Assembly: GCA_001823545.1 (NCBI GenBank)
Contig: MHUV01000006.1
Span: 27,437-91,436 of the forward strand
DNA from: Candidatus Yonathbacteria bacterium RIFCSPLOWO2_01_FULL_43_27
GTDB lineage: Bacteria > Patescibacteriota > Minisyncoccia > Phycocordibacterales > UBA1550
Reading direction: 5' to 3'
Length of the DNA stretch: 64,000 bases
Shown here: piece by piece, positions 1 to 10,828 of the stretch
Layout: each line of letters starts with the position of its first letter
How positions within the stretch are numbered: the stretch's first letter is position 1
Notes under the pieces: generated by a model
The model's database searches: none
What the model was told of the DNA's origin: nothing
Seen by the model: only the letters and a program-made list of their open reading frames with translations
Program-made: the position numbers and the translations under genes

Positions 1-554
1 TCTCTTTTCACCACTTCGTATTTCTTAATTGTTTCGTTATTAATAGCAGCAATAATAACTTCTACCTTGCCGAGTGGTTCTGCGGAAATACTTTTTGGTA
101 ATGAAATAGCAGGAGGCTTGGAATCAGTTTTTCTTTTAGGAAGAACCCACCAATCTAGTGTAACCTCAGTGATAGGTACAGGAATATAACGTCGTGCCTC
201 GAGCGGGATCATTGTCTCGATTTCCTTTTTGCTTACGGCAGGTAATTCAACGACCGAAAGAAGACTCGACTTAAAAGGAATAGTAAACGTAGTATGTTTG
301 GGTGAAATACCCATTTCATTGAAAAGATCTTTCAAAGCTGCGGAAATCTTTTCGGGAGAAAGAACTGTTGCTTGGCCCGAGGAAACGCCCGCACGAGAAC
401 CAAGTGAAATCTCACCATAATTACGAAGCACAACCTTTTCGTTACTTTTCTCAAGCTCAACAACTTTTATTGACGACTCGCCAATATCGATCCCCACGGA
501 ACTTCCTGTGTGTCCCCCGAAAAGAATTTCTTTTATAGGATCAAAAAATGACAT
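1..554 (-). CDS. pilM: Type IV pilus assembly protein PilM (5' part; runs off the window)
   Basis: Manual translation from ATG at 554: MSFFDPIKEILFGGHTGSSVGIDIGESSIKVVELEK; actin-like GIDIG..SIKVVEL motif. Absent from the ORF track because it is truncated. Confidence 0.85.
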   Translation of the reverse strand, partial: MSFFDPIKEILFGGHTGSSVGIDIGESSIKVVELEKSNEKVVLRNYGEISLGSRAGVSSGQATVLSPEKISAALKDLFNEMGISPKHTTFTIPFKSSLLSVVELPAVSKKEIETMIPLEARRYIPVPITEVTLDWWVLPKRKTDSKPPAISLPKSISAEPLGKVEVIIAAINNETIKKYEVVKR

Positions 555-719
555 AGTATGGTATCTGGAAAAGATGAGTTATGGTAAAAATAAATCGTAC
601 AAAAAATTCTTTTATATATTATACTACAAAATATAAAATAAAAGCAGTGTAATTGCCTCAGTAATCCACAGTTGAAATTTTCACCGTCCTCAAGCAGTAA
701 AATCAACAAATACATCTAA

Positions 720-1382
720 ATGTATACATTTAAAAAAATTGTTACGTATATACTTGATATACTCTTTCCATATGAATGCGCAGGATGTCGCGCCCACGGC
801 GTACTGTTTTGTAACAGATGTCTTGAATCCTGCCCACGTGCCACATCCACAAAACATTCATTTATTTATGCCGTTTTTGACTACCAAAACCCCATAATAA
901 AGCGTTCATTATGGCGATTTAAATACGAAAATGTACGTGCTTTTGCAGAGATCTTTGCACGACCACTGTATGAAAAAATTCTTGATGAACTCTGTGATGA
1001 TATTGATACGCATCAACAAGAAAAATATCTCCTTATCCCTATCCCCCTTCACTCAAGCAGGCGTCGCGAACGTGGGTACAATCAAAGCGAACACCTTGCA
1101 CAAGGAGTTATGTCACACGATAATAGTAGTATTTTTGAATTCGCACCAGAAGTGCTCATACGTATTCGCAAAACAAAACCGCAAGCACGCGCAGAAAAAC
1201 GCACCTCGCGCATCACCAACCTTCATGAAGCATTTACGTGCCCCGACCCTACCCGCATTCGTGGACGCACGATCATTCTTATTGATGACGTAACAACCAC
1301 CGGCGCAACCCTCCTCTCTGCAAAACACACACTCTCCTCTGCACATCCACGCAAAATTCTTGCTTGTACCGTGGCGCATTAA
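720..1382 (+). CDS. comF: ComF family protein (Zn ribbon + phosphoribosyltransferase)
   Basis: N-terminal CxxC..CxxC, RRRERGYNQSE, and PRT motif ILIDDVTTTGATL. Confidence 0.9.
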   Translation: MYTFKKIVTYILDILFPYECAGCRAHGVLFCNRCLESCPRATSTKHSFIYAVFDYQNPIIKRSLWRFKYENVRAFAEIFARPLYEKILDELCDDIDTHQQEKYLLIPIPLHSSRRRERGYNQSEHLAQGVMSHDNSSIFEFAPEVLIRIRKTKPQARAEKRTSRITNLHEAFTCPDPTRIRGRTIILIDDVTTTGATLLSAKHTLSSAHPRKILACTVAH

Positions 1383-1409
1383 ACAAGGGGCTCAGCCAAA
1401 CACGCAATT

Positions 1410-1675
1410 TTCGCTTTCAAATCCCTCATTTTTGCGCAAAATATAATCGTGAACACGTTGTGTTCAACTTTTTATTTTGCGGAGGATGAGGGATGTTTGA
1501 CCAAGAACATTTTTTGTCGCCGTCGCTTCAAAAAATTTCTCAGTCCTGCTCACGCGACCCATTCTACTGAATGGGTTCCCCGCGTTCGCTTTCAAATCCC
1601 TCATTCCTCGCGCAATTATAACCACTCAAACGCTACGCGTTTTCGCGGACAATTGCGGAGGATGAGGGATTTGAA
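1410..1675. repeat. Direct and inverted copies of the tRNA-Ser 3' end forming two hairpin units
   Basis: ttgcggaggatgagggat at 1477-1494 and 1653-1670; ttcgctttcaaatccctcatt at about 1410-1430 and 1585-1605, inverted relative to them. Confidence 0.8.
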
Positions 1676-1742
1676 CCCTCGAGACCCTTTCGAGCCTGCC
1701 GCCTTTCCAAGGCGGTGCACTAGACCACTATGCGAATCCTCC
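1656..1742 (-). tRNA. tRNA-Ser(GGA)
   Basis: Reverse complement GGAGGATTCGCATAGTGG...CCGCC-TT-GGA-AA-GGCGG, long variable arm, GGTTCAAATCCC...ATCCTCCG; CCA not encoded. Confidence 0.95.
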
Positions 1743-1880
1743 CTAGAACAAATTTGAAAAATTTGTTCGGGCGAGCAATTTGCGTAGCAAATTGCTTTAG
1801 CCGTAATCCCCACCACTGTAACAAAAAAACGCTATTTTTGCACGGAAAAATAAGTCAGACTTTTCTGATATACTACCCAC

Positions 1881-3530
1881 ATGAAGCAATCCGAAGCCCT
1901 CGCTATCCTCAAAATGGGACATAATGCGTTTATAACAGGCGCCGCAGGAAGTGGTAAGACACACCTCTTGAACGAATACATTCGCTATCTCCGCGAACAC
2001 AATGCACAAATCGGCATCACTGCTTCAACGGGTATTGCGGCGACTCACATGGGAGGCACGACCATTCACGCATGGTCGGGACTTGGTATCAGGGACACGC
2101 TGAGCGCATACGACCTCGAAGCGCTTGAGGAAAAACCGTATCTCTGGAAACGTTTCGAAAATGTGCACGTTCTTATCATTGATGAAATTTCCATGCTTCA
2201 TCATTATCGCTTGGACCTCGTGGATAAAATTGCACGTTCATTCAAAAGAACTGACAAACCGTTTGGCGGTATGCAAACGATTCTCTGTGGTGATTTCTTT
2301 CAGCTTCCCCCTGTATCACGCGCATACGAACGGCCCGCTGAGTTCTGCTATCACGCAGAGGTATGGGATAAGCTTGATCTCAAGATATGCTATCTCGAAG
2401 AACAACATCGTCAAGAAGATGGCGCGTACCTCGACATTCTAAACGCAATTCGTGACAATGCTGTTTCGCCAGAAACTACGCGCATCCTCGCCACGCGCAA
2501 GAATCAAAAACCAGAAAGTATTGCGGAGCCAACAAAACTCTACACCCATAACACTGATGTCGACACAGAAAATATGTGTGAACTTGAAAAAATTCCCGGA
2601 GAAACTTTTGAATACACCATGACATCAAAAGGAAGGGAAAATCTCGTTGCTATTCTCAAAAAAAGCTGTCTGGCACCAGAAAAACTTTGTCTCAAGAAAG
2701 GTGCGCGCGTAATGTTCGTAAAAAATAATTTTGAAGAAAAGTATGCGAATGGCACACTCGGTATTATAGAAGAATGTACCTCGCTCGGCATCAAAGTACG
2801 TCTCGCTAATAAGCGTATTATTGATGTAAAACCAACAAGTTGGCGAATTGACGAGGATGGCAAAGTGAAAGCAGAAATCACCCAATACCCCCTTCGTCTC
2901 GCATGGGCTATCACGATTCACAAAAGCCAAGGCATGAGCCTCGACGCCGCCTTGGTCGACCTCTCGCAATCGTTTGAAAAAGGTATGGGGTACGTCGCGC
3001 TTTCGCGCGTGCGCACACTAGGAGGACTTTCCCTGAAAGGAATGAACTCTAACGCCCTTGAGGTTAATCCTGAAGTTACTCTTTTTGATATACAATTTCG
3101 CGAGGCATCACAAAAGCATACCAAGAACCTTCACGCAAACTCTCCAGAAGAAATTGCGCGTAGTCATCAGGAGCATCTTAGAAAAGTAGCACCGCAAAAG
3201 AACGTGAAAGCAAAAAAAGTAGACACTACCGAGGAAACAATACGTCTCGTACGTGAAGGAAAAATGCTAAAAGAAATTGTCGCAATACGAGCACTTAAAC
3301 TAGGCACTATTTTGGACCATTTAGAAAAAATCAAAGAAAATGACCCCACTGTAGATCTCTCCCCACTCGAAAAAAATATGCCAAAAGCACGACTTCAAAA
3401 AATTATTCAAGCACTCAATAAGAGCGGTATGCATGGTGGCGTGTATTTACTCACCCCCACAAAAGCACTCCTCAGTAAAGATATTTCATTCGAAGAAATC
3501 CGCATCGCACGATTGTTATTAAAAAAATAA
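1881..3530 (+). CDS. PIF1-like SF1B DNA helicase with C-terminal helix-turn-helix
   Basis: Walker A GAAGSGKT, IIDEISM, GDFFQLPPV, AWAITIHKSQGMSL, YVALSR. Confidence 0.9.
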   Translation: MKQSEALAILKMGHNAFITGAAGSGKTHLLNEYIRYLREHNAQIGITASTGIAATHMGGTTIHAWSGLGIRDTLSAYDLEALEEKPYLWKRFENVHVLIIDEISMLHHYRLDLVDKIARSFKRTDKPFGGMQTILCGDFFQLPPVSRAYERPAEFCYHAEVWDKLDLKICYLEEQHRQEDGAYLDILNAIRDNAVSPETTRILATRKNQKPESIAEPTKLYTHNTDVDTENMCELEKIPGETFEYTMTSKGRENLVAILKKSCLAPEKLCLKKGARVMFVKNNFEEKYANGTLGIIEECTSLGIKVRLANKRIIDVKPTSWRIDEDGKVKAEITQYPLRLAWAITIHKSQGMSLDAALVDLSQSFEKGMGYVALSRVRTLGGLSLKGMNSNALEVNPEVTLFDIQFREASQKHTKNLHANSPEEIARSHQEHLRKVAPQKNVKAKKVDTTEETIRLVREGKMLKEIVAIRALKLGTILDHLEKIKENDPTVDLSPLEKNMPKARLQKIIQALNKSGMHGGVYLLTPTKALLSKDISFEEIRIARLLLKK

Positions 3531-3637
3531 TAGCTCGTAGTACTCTATTGGCGTCCAAACCTAATACCTATGATCTTGTAGCTGAGATTAGGTATTTAAT
3601 TAATAACCCACTAAAATAAAATTCTCGCCATCGCTAT

Positions 3638-3671
3638 CGACGTATAATATACTATAGTATATTATACGTCG
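3638..3671. repeat. Perfect 34-bp palindrome, copy 1
   Basis: cgacgtataatatacta|tagtatattatacgtcg. Confidence 0.95.
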
Positions 3672-3686
3672 GGGGTGTAAAAAAAA

Positions 3687-4232
3687 TTATATTTTAAAAG
3701 TCTTTCTAAGTATGTCATCACCCTCGATACGTTCAGCGAGTATAAGTTTGATGTCCTTCCTCACATTAAAACATCTGCCTACAAAATCAATTTCTTCTTT
3801 GCAAGGAAATGGGGTAATGAAAACAGATTTTTGGTACTGAACACACCCAAGTTTTTTAAGAGCAAAATTTATTGAACGTCGCGCCTGTTTTTTATTTTCT
3901 GAGACATCAAACATAACAATACGCCATTTTCCATCCCATTTATCTTGATGGGTGATCTTCATTACTTCAAGTTTATGACGTAAAGCTTTTTCTTCTCCTT
4001 TTGTGGTTAAAATAAAACCATCCTCTCCCACATTTTTCCTCATAACGAGTCCTTGTTTTTCAAGACGAATAAGGGATTTTTTAATTCTATCTCGCTCAGG
4101 GGTATTTCTCGGTTTAAAATATTTAAAAAGCTGTACCGCATTAGGCATCGTAACCGCCACTGCAACTACCCCCGTAGCTAATATCAACGAAAGTATCATT
4201 TCTGCTATTTCTCCCTTATTGTATTTTTTCAT
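3687..4232 (-). CDS. PaaX-like protein (winged HTH + Cas2-like ferredoxin domain)
   Basis: RLEKQGLV wHTH segment, WDGKWRIVMFDV and LGCVQYQKSVFI motifs of the PaaX central/Cas2-like domain. Confidence 0.8.
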   Translation of the reverse strand: MKKYNKGEIAEMILSLILATGVVAVAVTMPNAVQLFKYFKPRNTPERDRIKKSLIRLEKQGLVMRKNVGEDGFILTTKGEEKALRHKLEVMKITHQDKWDGKWRIVMFDVSENKKQARRSINFALKKLGCVQYQKSVFITPFPCKEEIDFVGRCFNVRKDIKLILAERIEGDDILRKTFKI

Positions 4233-4241
4233 ATTAATTTT

Positions 4242-4285
4242 AATATCGACGTATAATATACTATAGTATATTATACGTCGATATT
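4242..4285. repeat. Perfect palindrome, copy 2 (same 34-bp core, extends to 44 bp)
   Basis: aatatcgacgtataatatacta|tagtatattatacgtcgatatt. Confidence 0.95.
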
Positions 4286-4346
4286 GTTATTTAATTTTAC
4301 AAAATAGGTAGACGAAATACCACACTGTAATACACCTATTGAAAGA

Positions 4347-5243
4347 TTATTTTTCTGCGCCACGTAATGTAGCTATGCGCTCTTGTATCGGCGGATGCGT
4401 ACTGAAGATCTTTGACATAAAAGAAGCAGTGCCACCATTTTTCAAAGGATTCGCAATATACAAATGTGCCATTGCAGTATTCTTGCGCGCAAGTCCGTGA
4501 GGGTATGCAGAAATTTTCTCTAGCGCGGATGCAAGTCCTTCGGGATAGCGAGTAAGAAGTGCACCCGAAGCGTCGGCAAGAAATTCACGCTTGCGCGAGA
4601 TCGCAAGATGGATAAGTTGTGCAACGATCGGCGCGAGGATTGCAAGAACAATACCCGCGATCATCAGAATTGCGCCCGCACGATTGTCACGATCGCGCCC
4701 TCCACCTAGATGCGATGTTCGTAAGGCCAGATCCGACATAATAGCGATAAAACCAACGAGTACAACCACCACGGTCGCCAGAAGTGTGTCGCGGTTACCG
4801 ATATGCGAAAGCTCGTGTGCAATTACTCCCTCAAGTTCATTTTTATTGAGTGTTGCAAGAAGTCCCGTGGTAACCGCAATTGCCGAATGCTCTTTGTCGC
4901 GCCCTGTCGCAAATGCATTAGGCGAATCATCGTGGATGATGTAAGTCTTTGGCATAGGAAGCCCCGCGGTAATAGAGAGATTTTCAACAGCGTTCCATAA
5001 ATAGAAATACTGTTCGCGTGTTATGGGCTGTGCGCCAGACATTTTGATAACCAACGTATCTGAATACCAATAACTCCAGATATTCATACCAACACTGAAC
5101 AGCACTCCAACATAGAGAATGAGCGGATTTTGATACACATAGCTAAACCCCCATGTGATAGCAATCACTACGACAAAAAACACAGCCATAAGAAGCCATG
5201 TTTTGTGCTTATTTTGATCTTGGTGCGTATAAAGGGTTGCCAT
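4347..5243 (-). CDS. htpX: Zinc metalloprotease HtpX (M48)
   Basis: PNAFATG, HELSH (HExxH), SRKREFLAD, STHPP. Confidence 0.95.
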   Translation of the reverse strand: MATLYTHQDQNKHKTWLLMAVFFVVVIAITWGFSYVYQNPLILYVGVLFSVGMNIWSYWYSDTLVIKMSGAQPITREQYFYLWNAVENLSITAGLPMPKTYIIHDDSPNAFATGRDKEHSAIAVTTGLLATLNKNELEGVIAHELSHIGNRDTLLATVVVVLVGFIAIMSDLALRTSHLGGGRDRDNRAGAILMIAGIVLAILAPIVAQLIHLAISRKREFLADASGALLTRYPEGLASALEKISAYPHGLARKNTAMAHLYIANPLKNGGTASFMSKIFSTHPPIQERIATLRGAEK

Positions 5244-5252
5244 TTCTGACGA

Positions 5253-5807
5253 TTAGAAACTAACTTTTACTGGCTCACGAGCAGCATCGTTACCAAGCTC
5301 AAAGAATTCCTGTTTACCAAAATTGAACACACCTGCGATGATATTTCCCGGAAATACTTCAATAGCGGTATTAAGATCGCGTACATTACTGTTGTAAAAA
5401 CGACGTGCTGCCTGAATTTTGTTCTCAGTATCAGAAAGTTCTGCTTGAAGCGCGAGGAAATTCTGATTTGCTTTGAGGTCTGGGTACGCCTCGGTCACTG
5501 CAAAAATTGTCTTGAGTGCTGACGTTACCATATTGTCTGCAACCTCTTTGTCGTGTACTGACTGTGCACCGAGTGCTTGTGCGCGCGCTTTCGTAACATT
5601 CTCAAATGCTGCGCTCTCGTGTGTGGCATATCCTTTTACCGTCTCGACGAGATTAGGAATGAGGTCATAACGACGTTTGAGTTGTACATCAATATCTGCC
5701 CACGCTTCCTTCGTGCGATTCACCAGTCTTATAAAACCATTGTACGAGATGATTGCCCATATAGCGACAACAGCGATGATTCCTAAAATAATATATACGA
5801 TATTCAT
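5253..5807 (-). CDS. lemA: LemA family protein
   Basis: IDVQLKRRYDLIPNLVETVKGY and EAYPDLKANQNF; classic lemA-htpX pair. Confidence 0.95.
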   Translation of the reverse strand: MNIVYIILGIIAVVAIWAIISYNGFIRLVNRTKEAWADIDVQLKRRYDLIPNLVETVKGYATHESAAFENVTKARAQALGAQSVHDKEVADNMVTSALKTIFAVTEAYPDLKANQNFLALQAELSDTENKIQAARRFYNSNVRDLNTAIEVFPGNIIAGVFNFGKQEFFELGNDAAREPVKVSF

Positions 5808-5890
5808 AATTAAGTTTATTTAATGAGGAGCGTTTTTCACCTCATACTACTAAATGCTTATCCAACTATTATACCACAAAACAAACACTA

Positions 5891-6271
5891 TTACAGAGAG
5901 GCCTGAATCTGTGGGACTGGTACCCCTTTTGGATTTGTTCCGTATATGTTATCACCTGCCTGACTGTCCGTAACCAAGAAAATAAGAAGGATAATACTGC
6001 CAACAATAGGAATGAGACCAAGAAGTATCCACCATGCGCTGTGGTTGGTATCGTGAAGTCTACGCACATACACCGCAAGAGAAGGAACGAGCACCGCAAG
6101 GAGATATACAATACCGAGAACCTGAATAAAAGTTGAATCAAGTGCAAAGGAAAGGAAATTGAAACCAAGCATAATGAGGACATTAACGAGCGTGAACATC
6201 CAATACTCTTTTCTGCCAGCCCTTCCATTAAACAAGGCATATTTTTTCAACACCTCAATATAATTATCCAT
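5891..6271 (-). CDS. DUF805 (YhaH-like) membrane protein
   Basis: FNGRAGRKEYW and VRRLHDT motifs. Confidence 0.9.
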   Translation of the reverse strand: MDNYIEVLKKYALFNGRAGRKEYWMFTLVNVLIMLGFNFLSFALDSTFIQVLGIVYLLAVLVPSLAVYVRRLHDTNHSAWWILLGLIPIVGSIILLIFLVTDSQAGDNIYGTNPKGVPVPQIQASL

Positions 6272-6322
6272 ATATGATATATATTTACTCTTATAATACT
6301 AATATAATTAGTATTTCACACC

Positions 6323-6361
6323 ACACAGAAAACACAAGGTTTGACCTTGTGTTTTCTGTGT
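6323..6361. terminator. Stem-loop downstream of groEL
   Basis: acacagaaaacacaaggt-ttg-accttgtgttttctgtgt inverted repeat. Confidence 0.7.
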
Positions 6362-6383
6362 TCAAAACAGCCATATTGCAAAA

Positions 6384-8054
<1,671 letters not shown>

Positions 8055-8357
8055 TTATTTGATTATTGCTAAAATATTCGACTCACTGAGAATAAAAAAT
8101 TCTTCTCCATCAATTTTAATTTCATCGGGACCATACTTTGAGAATAAAATTTCATCGCCAACGTTGACCGTAGGTTTAATGACAACCCCTGCGTCTGTCG
8201 TGCGTCCGAGTCCCACCGCTACCACAGTACCTTGTTCGGGACGTTCTTTTCCTGCGGTATCAGGAATAATAATACCACTCTTTGTTTTAGTCGTGGGCAC
8301 AAGGGCGCGTACCAAGACGCGATCACCAAGGGGAGTAATTTTTCGTTTTGTACTCAT
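8055..8357 (-). CDS. groS: Co-chaperonin GroES
   Basis: PLGDRVLV, TKSGIIIPDTA, mobile loop. Confidence 0.98.
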   Translation of the reverse strand: MSTKRKITPLGDRVLVRALVPTTKTKSGIIIPDTAGKERPEQGTVVAVGLGRTTDAGVVIKPTVNVGDEILFSKYGPDEIKIDGEEFFILSESNILAIIK

Positions 8358-8462
8358 AGATTAATTAATGGTTATTATATTTGAACGTAATAATGTAATA
8401 TGTGCGGGATATCTAGAAAGTATCCGCTTTCCTAGTATATGCGCACGGTAAAAGCTTGCAAC

Positions 8463-8491
8463 TTGACTAAAGAACGTAATGGGTGTATAAT
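8463..8491 (+). promoter_or_regulatory. Sigma70-type promoter
   Basis: TTGACT-17 bp-TATAAT. Confidence 0.75.
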
Positions 8492-8567
8492 ACTACATAG
8501 ATACGAAAGGTCCTATTCTATCGGGCACTAGTTCTGGTCAATAATGACCCAACAATTAGGAGGTTTT

Positions 8568-8714
8568 ATGCCGCCGAACGGAAGAATAACCAAAAACGTA
8601 GGTAAAACCTTTGTGACGGCTGACGCCATGGCCAGGACCAACGAGAGCACCAAAGTGAACGACAGATTGCACGGCGCCCACGACATTCCCGGGCACGGCA
8701 AGTTCGGCGCATAA
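8568..8714 (+). CDS. Uncalled 48-aa small protein MPPNGRITKNVGKTFVTADAMARTNESTKVNDRLHGAHDIPGHGKFGA
   Basis: AGGAGG 4 nt before ATG; promoter upstream and terminator downstream. Confidence 0.6.
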   Translation: MPPNGRITKNVGKTFVTADAMARTNESTKVNDRLHGAHDIPGHGKFGA

Positions 8715-8754
8715 GACCACGACCGGACCGCCAGTATTTTTTGTTTAGCAACAC

Positions 8755-8793
8755 ATAGCCCTCACTCTCCGGAGTGAGGGCTATTAATTTTTT
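8755..8793 (+). terminator. Intrinsic terminator
   Basis: atagccctcactc-tccg-gagtgagggctat followed by a T-rich tract. Confidence 0.8.
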
Positions 8794-8821
8794 ACGCTCT
8801 CATAAAATAAATGATCTTGAC

Positions 8822-10780
8822 CTACTTCCCCGCCCCAAGTATTTTCTGTGCTTCACTATCTTTCCCATTTGCCGTTAATATCTGTGCGTAAAACATTCTT
8901 GCTTCGTCATACTCTGGTGCAAGTTCGTATGCCTGTTTAAAGATCTGCTCCGCCTGTTCTGTATTTCCATTTTTATAATACGCATTACCTAGTTCAAACA
9001 TAATCGTTTGTTTTGCGGGTGACAATGCGTGTGCTTTTTCCAAATACACAATTGCTTGCCCGAACATCCCCACGCGACTAAAGAAACTTCCGGTAAATAA
9101 CTGATAACGTGCATCCTGTGGAAGTGTTTCTGCTTGTGTGGTGAGTTCACGATCCGCAAGTATAAGAAACTCTTGTTGAGTACGTGTCAATTCTTTACCG
9201 CGTTCAATCCCCGAAAGAGAAATTTGTGCCAACTGTTCACGCACTTCCGAAGTACCAAACGAATCATACGAAAGTGCCTCTTTAAAGAGCGCGAGATTAT
9301 GTGCGGCACCAAGTGTCGCTGAGCGCTCGCTGAGTGCACGGAGTAGTGTCGTATTCTGTTTGTATCCTGCATAGTTCACTACATAAATGAGCACGAGTGC
9401 GAGCACGAGCGCCCCACCCGACACCACATATGACACATCTTCAGAAACACCTTGCAAAACTTCTTCTTTGGTTCCCTTCTTTTTTTCTACTACGGGCAAT
9501 TTATTACTTATACTTTCCACGAACGCAAGAATCGTGAAGAAGTAAATTAAACTCGTAATATTATCGAATACAAAAAGATTTTGAAAAAAATATCCTCCCA
9601 AAAGCCCCGTGAGTACGCTTTTTTCTAAGACAGAAAGTGTACGAGCACGTCGCCAGATACAGTAGAGCGCACATCCAAAAAGTGATAAGTATGCAAGGAG
9701 TGCCGGGAAACCACCCGCGATCAACCAATCAAAAAATACATTGTGCGCGCGGTCGAACCACTGCTCTTGGTCGTACATATTGGGGTTGTAGTATTCATTG
9801 AACACATAGTTGAAATTCTCCATCCCCCATCCACGAATTGGATGTTCTTTGAAACCCTGATATGCCATATTCCACACCATGAAGCGCGACTTGGTAGTTT
9901 TCTCTGTAAGCGAAATGGACGCAAAGCGCGCGAGCACAGGACTTTCACGAACGAACGAAGTATCACGAAGTACAATGAATCCGCCTACAAAAAGAGTGAG
10001 TGCAAGGAGCGTACCGATCGCTATTTTTCTTAACATGAGACGCTCACGCTCAAAGAGTGCGATGAGGATCATTGCAATACCAACCCCCACAATGAGTCCC
10101 AACATCGCGCCACGGGTCGCGGTGTGATAGAGCACAAACGTTTGTAGAATGGCGACTGCGCCATACAATAGCATTCTCATACGCGCACCAGTTTCGGTCA
10201 CACTTGTGTGCACCATCAAAAAGAGTGCGAGGAAAATATTGAAGAGTGCATACGTTCCAAGGTACGCAGCATTTCCAAGTGTGCCGTTTACGCGAATACC
10301 ATCTTGTACTACAGTGAGCATTCCCGCCCATTGCAACACCCCATACATCGCCATCGCAACACCAACCCCAACATGAAAATTAAGGTACGTGCGCCACATT
10401 GCACGTACCGAAAGCACGGTAGATGCCACAATAAAATATGCGAAGAGATGCAGGTACGTAATCACGCCTTCCATACGCTCAAAGTTAGACCAAAAACTTT
10501 TTTCTGGATTTTCACCCAAGAGTCCTGTGAGTGTGATAATAGCGAGGAACGCAACGAGGGCACCAAGAAGATAGCTCTTGCGTGGACGGTACGCGGGGTC
10601 TATTGCCATGAGAACCACCCATGCGGAAAGCATAATTTCCACAATCACCCGAAACGCAAAATTCTTGCCGACGATAAATGGAAAGAATGTACTATTCCCC
10701 AACACAATGAATGGAATAAACGGCACCGCCACAAATCCCATGGCAACCACAATGTTCGCTATTATTTTTTGTGTGTTCAT
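8822..10780 (-). CDS. O-antigen ligase-like (Wzy_C) membrane protein with C-terminal TPRs; possible O-oligosaccharyltransferase
   Basis: Multi-TM; GTLGNAAYLG, TATRGA, GWGMENF, DRAHN motifs; TPR-like helices at the C-terminus. Confidence 0.85.
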   Translation of the reverse strand: MNTQKIIANIVVAMGFVAVPFIPFIVLGNSTFFPFIVGKNFAFRVIVEIMLSAWVVLMAIDPAYRPRKSYLLGALVAFLAIITLTGLLGENPEKSFWSNFERMEGVITYLHLFAYFIVASTVLSVRAMWRTYLNFHVGVGVAMAMYGVLQWAGMLTVVQDGIRVNGTLGNAAYLGTYALFNIFLALFLMVHTSVTETGARMRMLLYGAVAILQTFVLYHTATRGAMLGLIVGVGIAMILIALFERERLMLRKIAIGTLLALTLFVGGFIVLRDTSFVRESPVLARFASISLTEKTTKSRFMVWNMAYQGFKEHPIRGWGMENFNYVFNEYYNPNMYDQEQWFDRAHNVFFDWLIAGGFPALLAYLSLFGCALYCIWRRARTLSVLEKSVLTGLLGGYFFQNLFVFDNITSLIYFFTILAFVESISNKLPVVEKKKGTKEEVLQGVSEDVSYVVSGGALVLALVLIYVVNYAGYKQNTTLLRALSERSATLGAAHNLALFKEALSYDSFGTSEVREQLAQISLSGIERGKELTRTQQEFLILADRELTTQAETLPQDARYQLFTGSFFSRVGMFGQAIVYLEKAHALSPAKQTIMFELGNAYYKNGNTEQAEQIFKQAYELAPEYDEARMFYAQILTANGKDSEAQKILGAGK

Positions 10781-10828
10781 AATGTACTATCGTACCATAT
10801 TTCCCAAAAGACTGTTCAGGCTACACGA

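Noticed and set aside
1477-1670. Prophage or integrative element at tRNA-Ser
   Set aside because: The direct repeats are only about 176 bp apart and there is no integrase or cargo.
1449-1816. ORFs 1449..1757 and 1616..1816
   Set aside because: They overlap tRNA-Ser and its repeats; spurious.
3635-4285. CRISPR-Cas locus (Cas2-like gene with roughly 36-bp repeats)
   Set aside because: Only two repeats, separated by a whole gene; no spacer array, cas1 or effector genes.
8358-8460. CIRCE operator upstream of groES
   Set aside because: No TTAGCACTC-N9-GAGTGCTAA match found.
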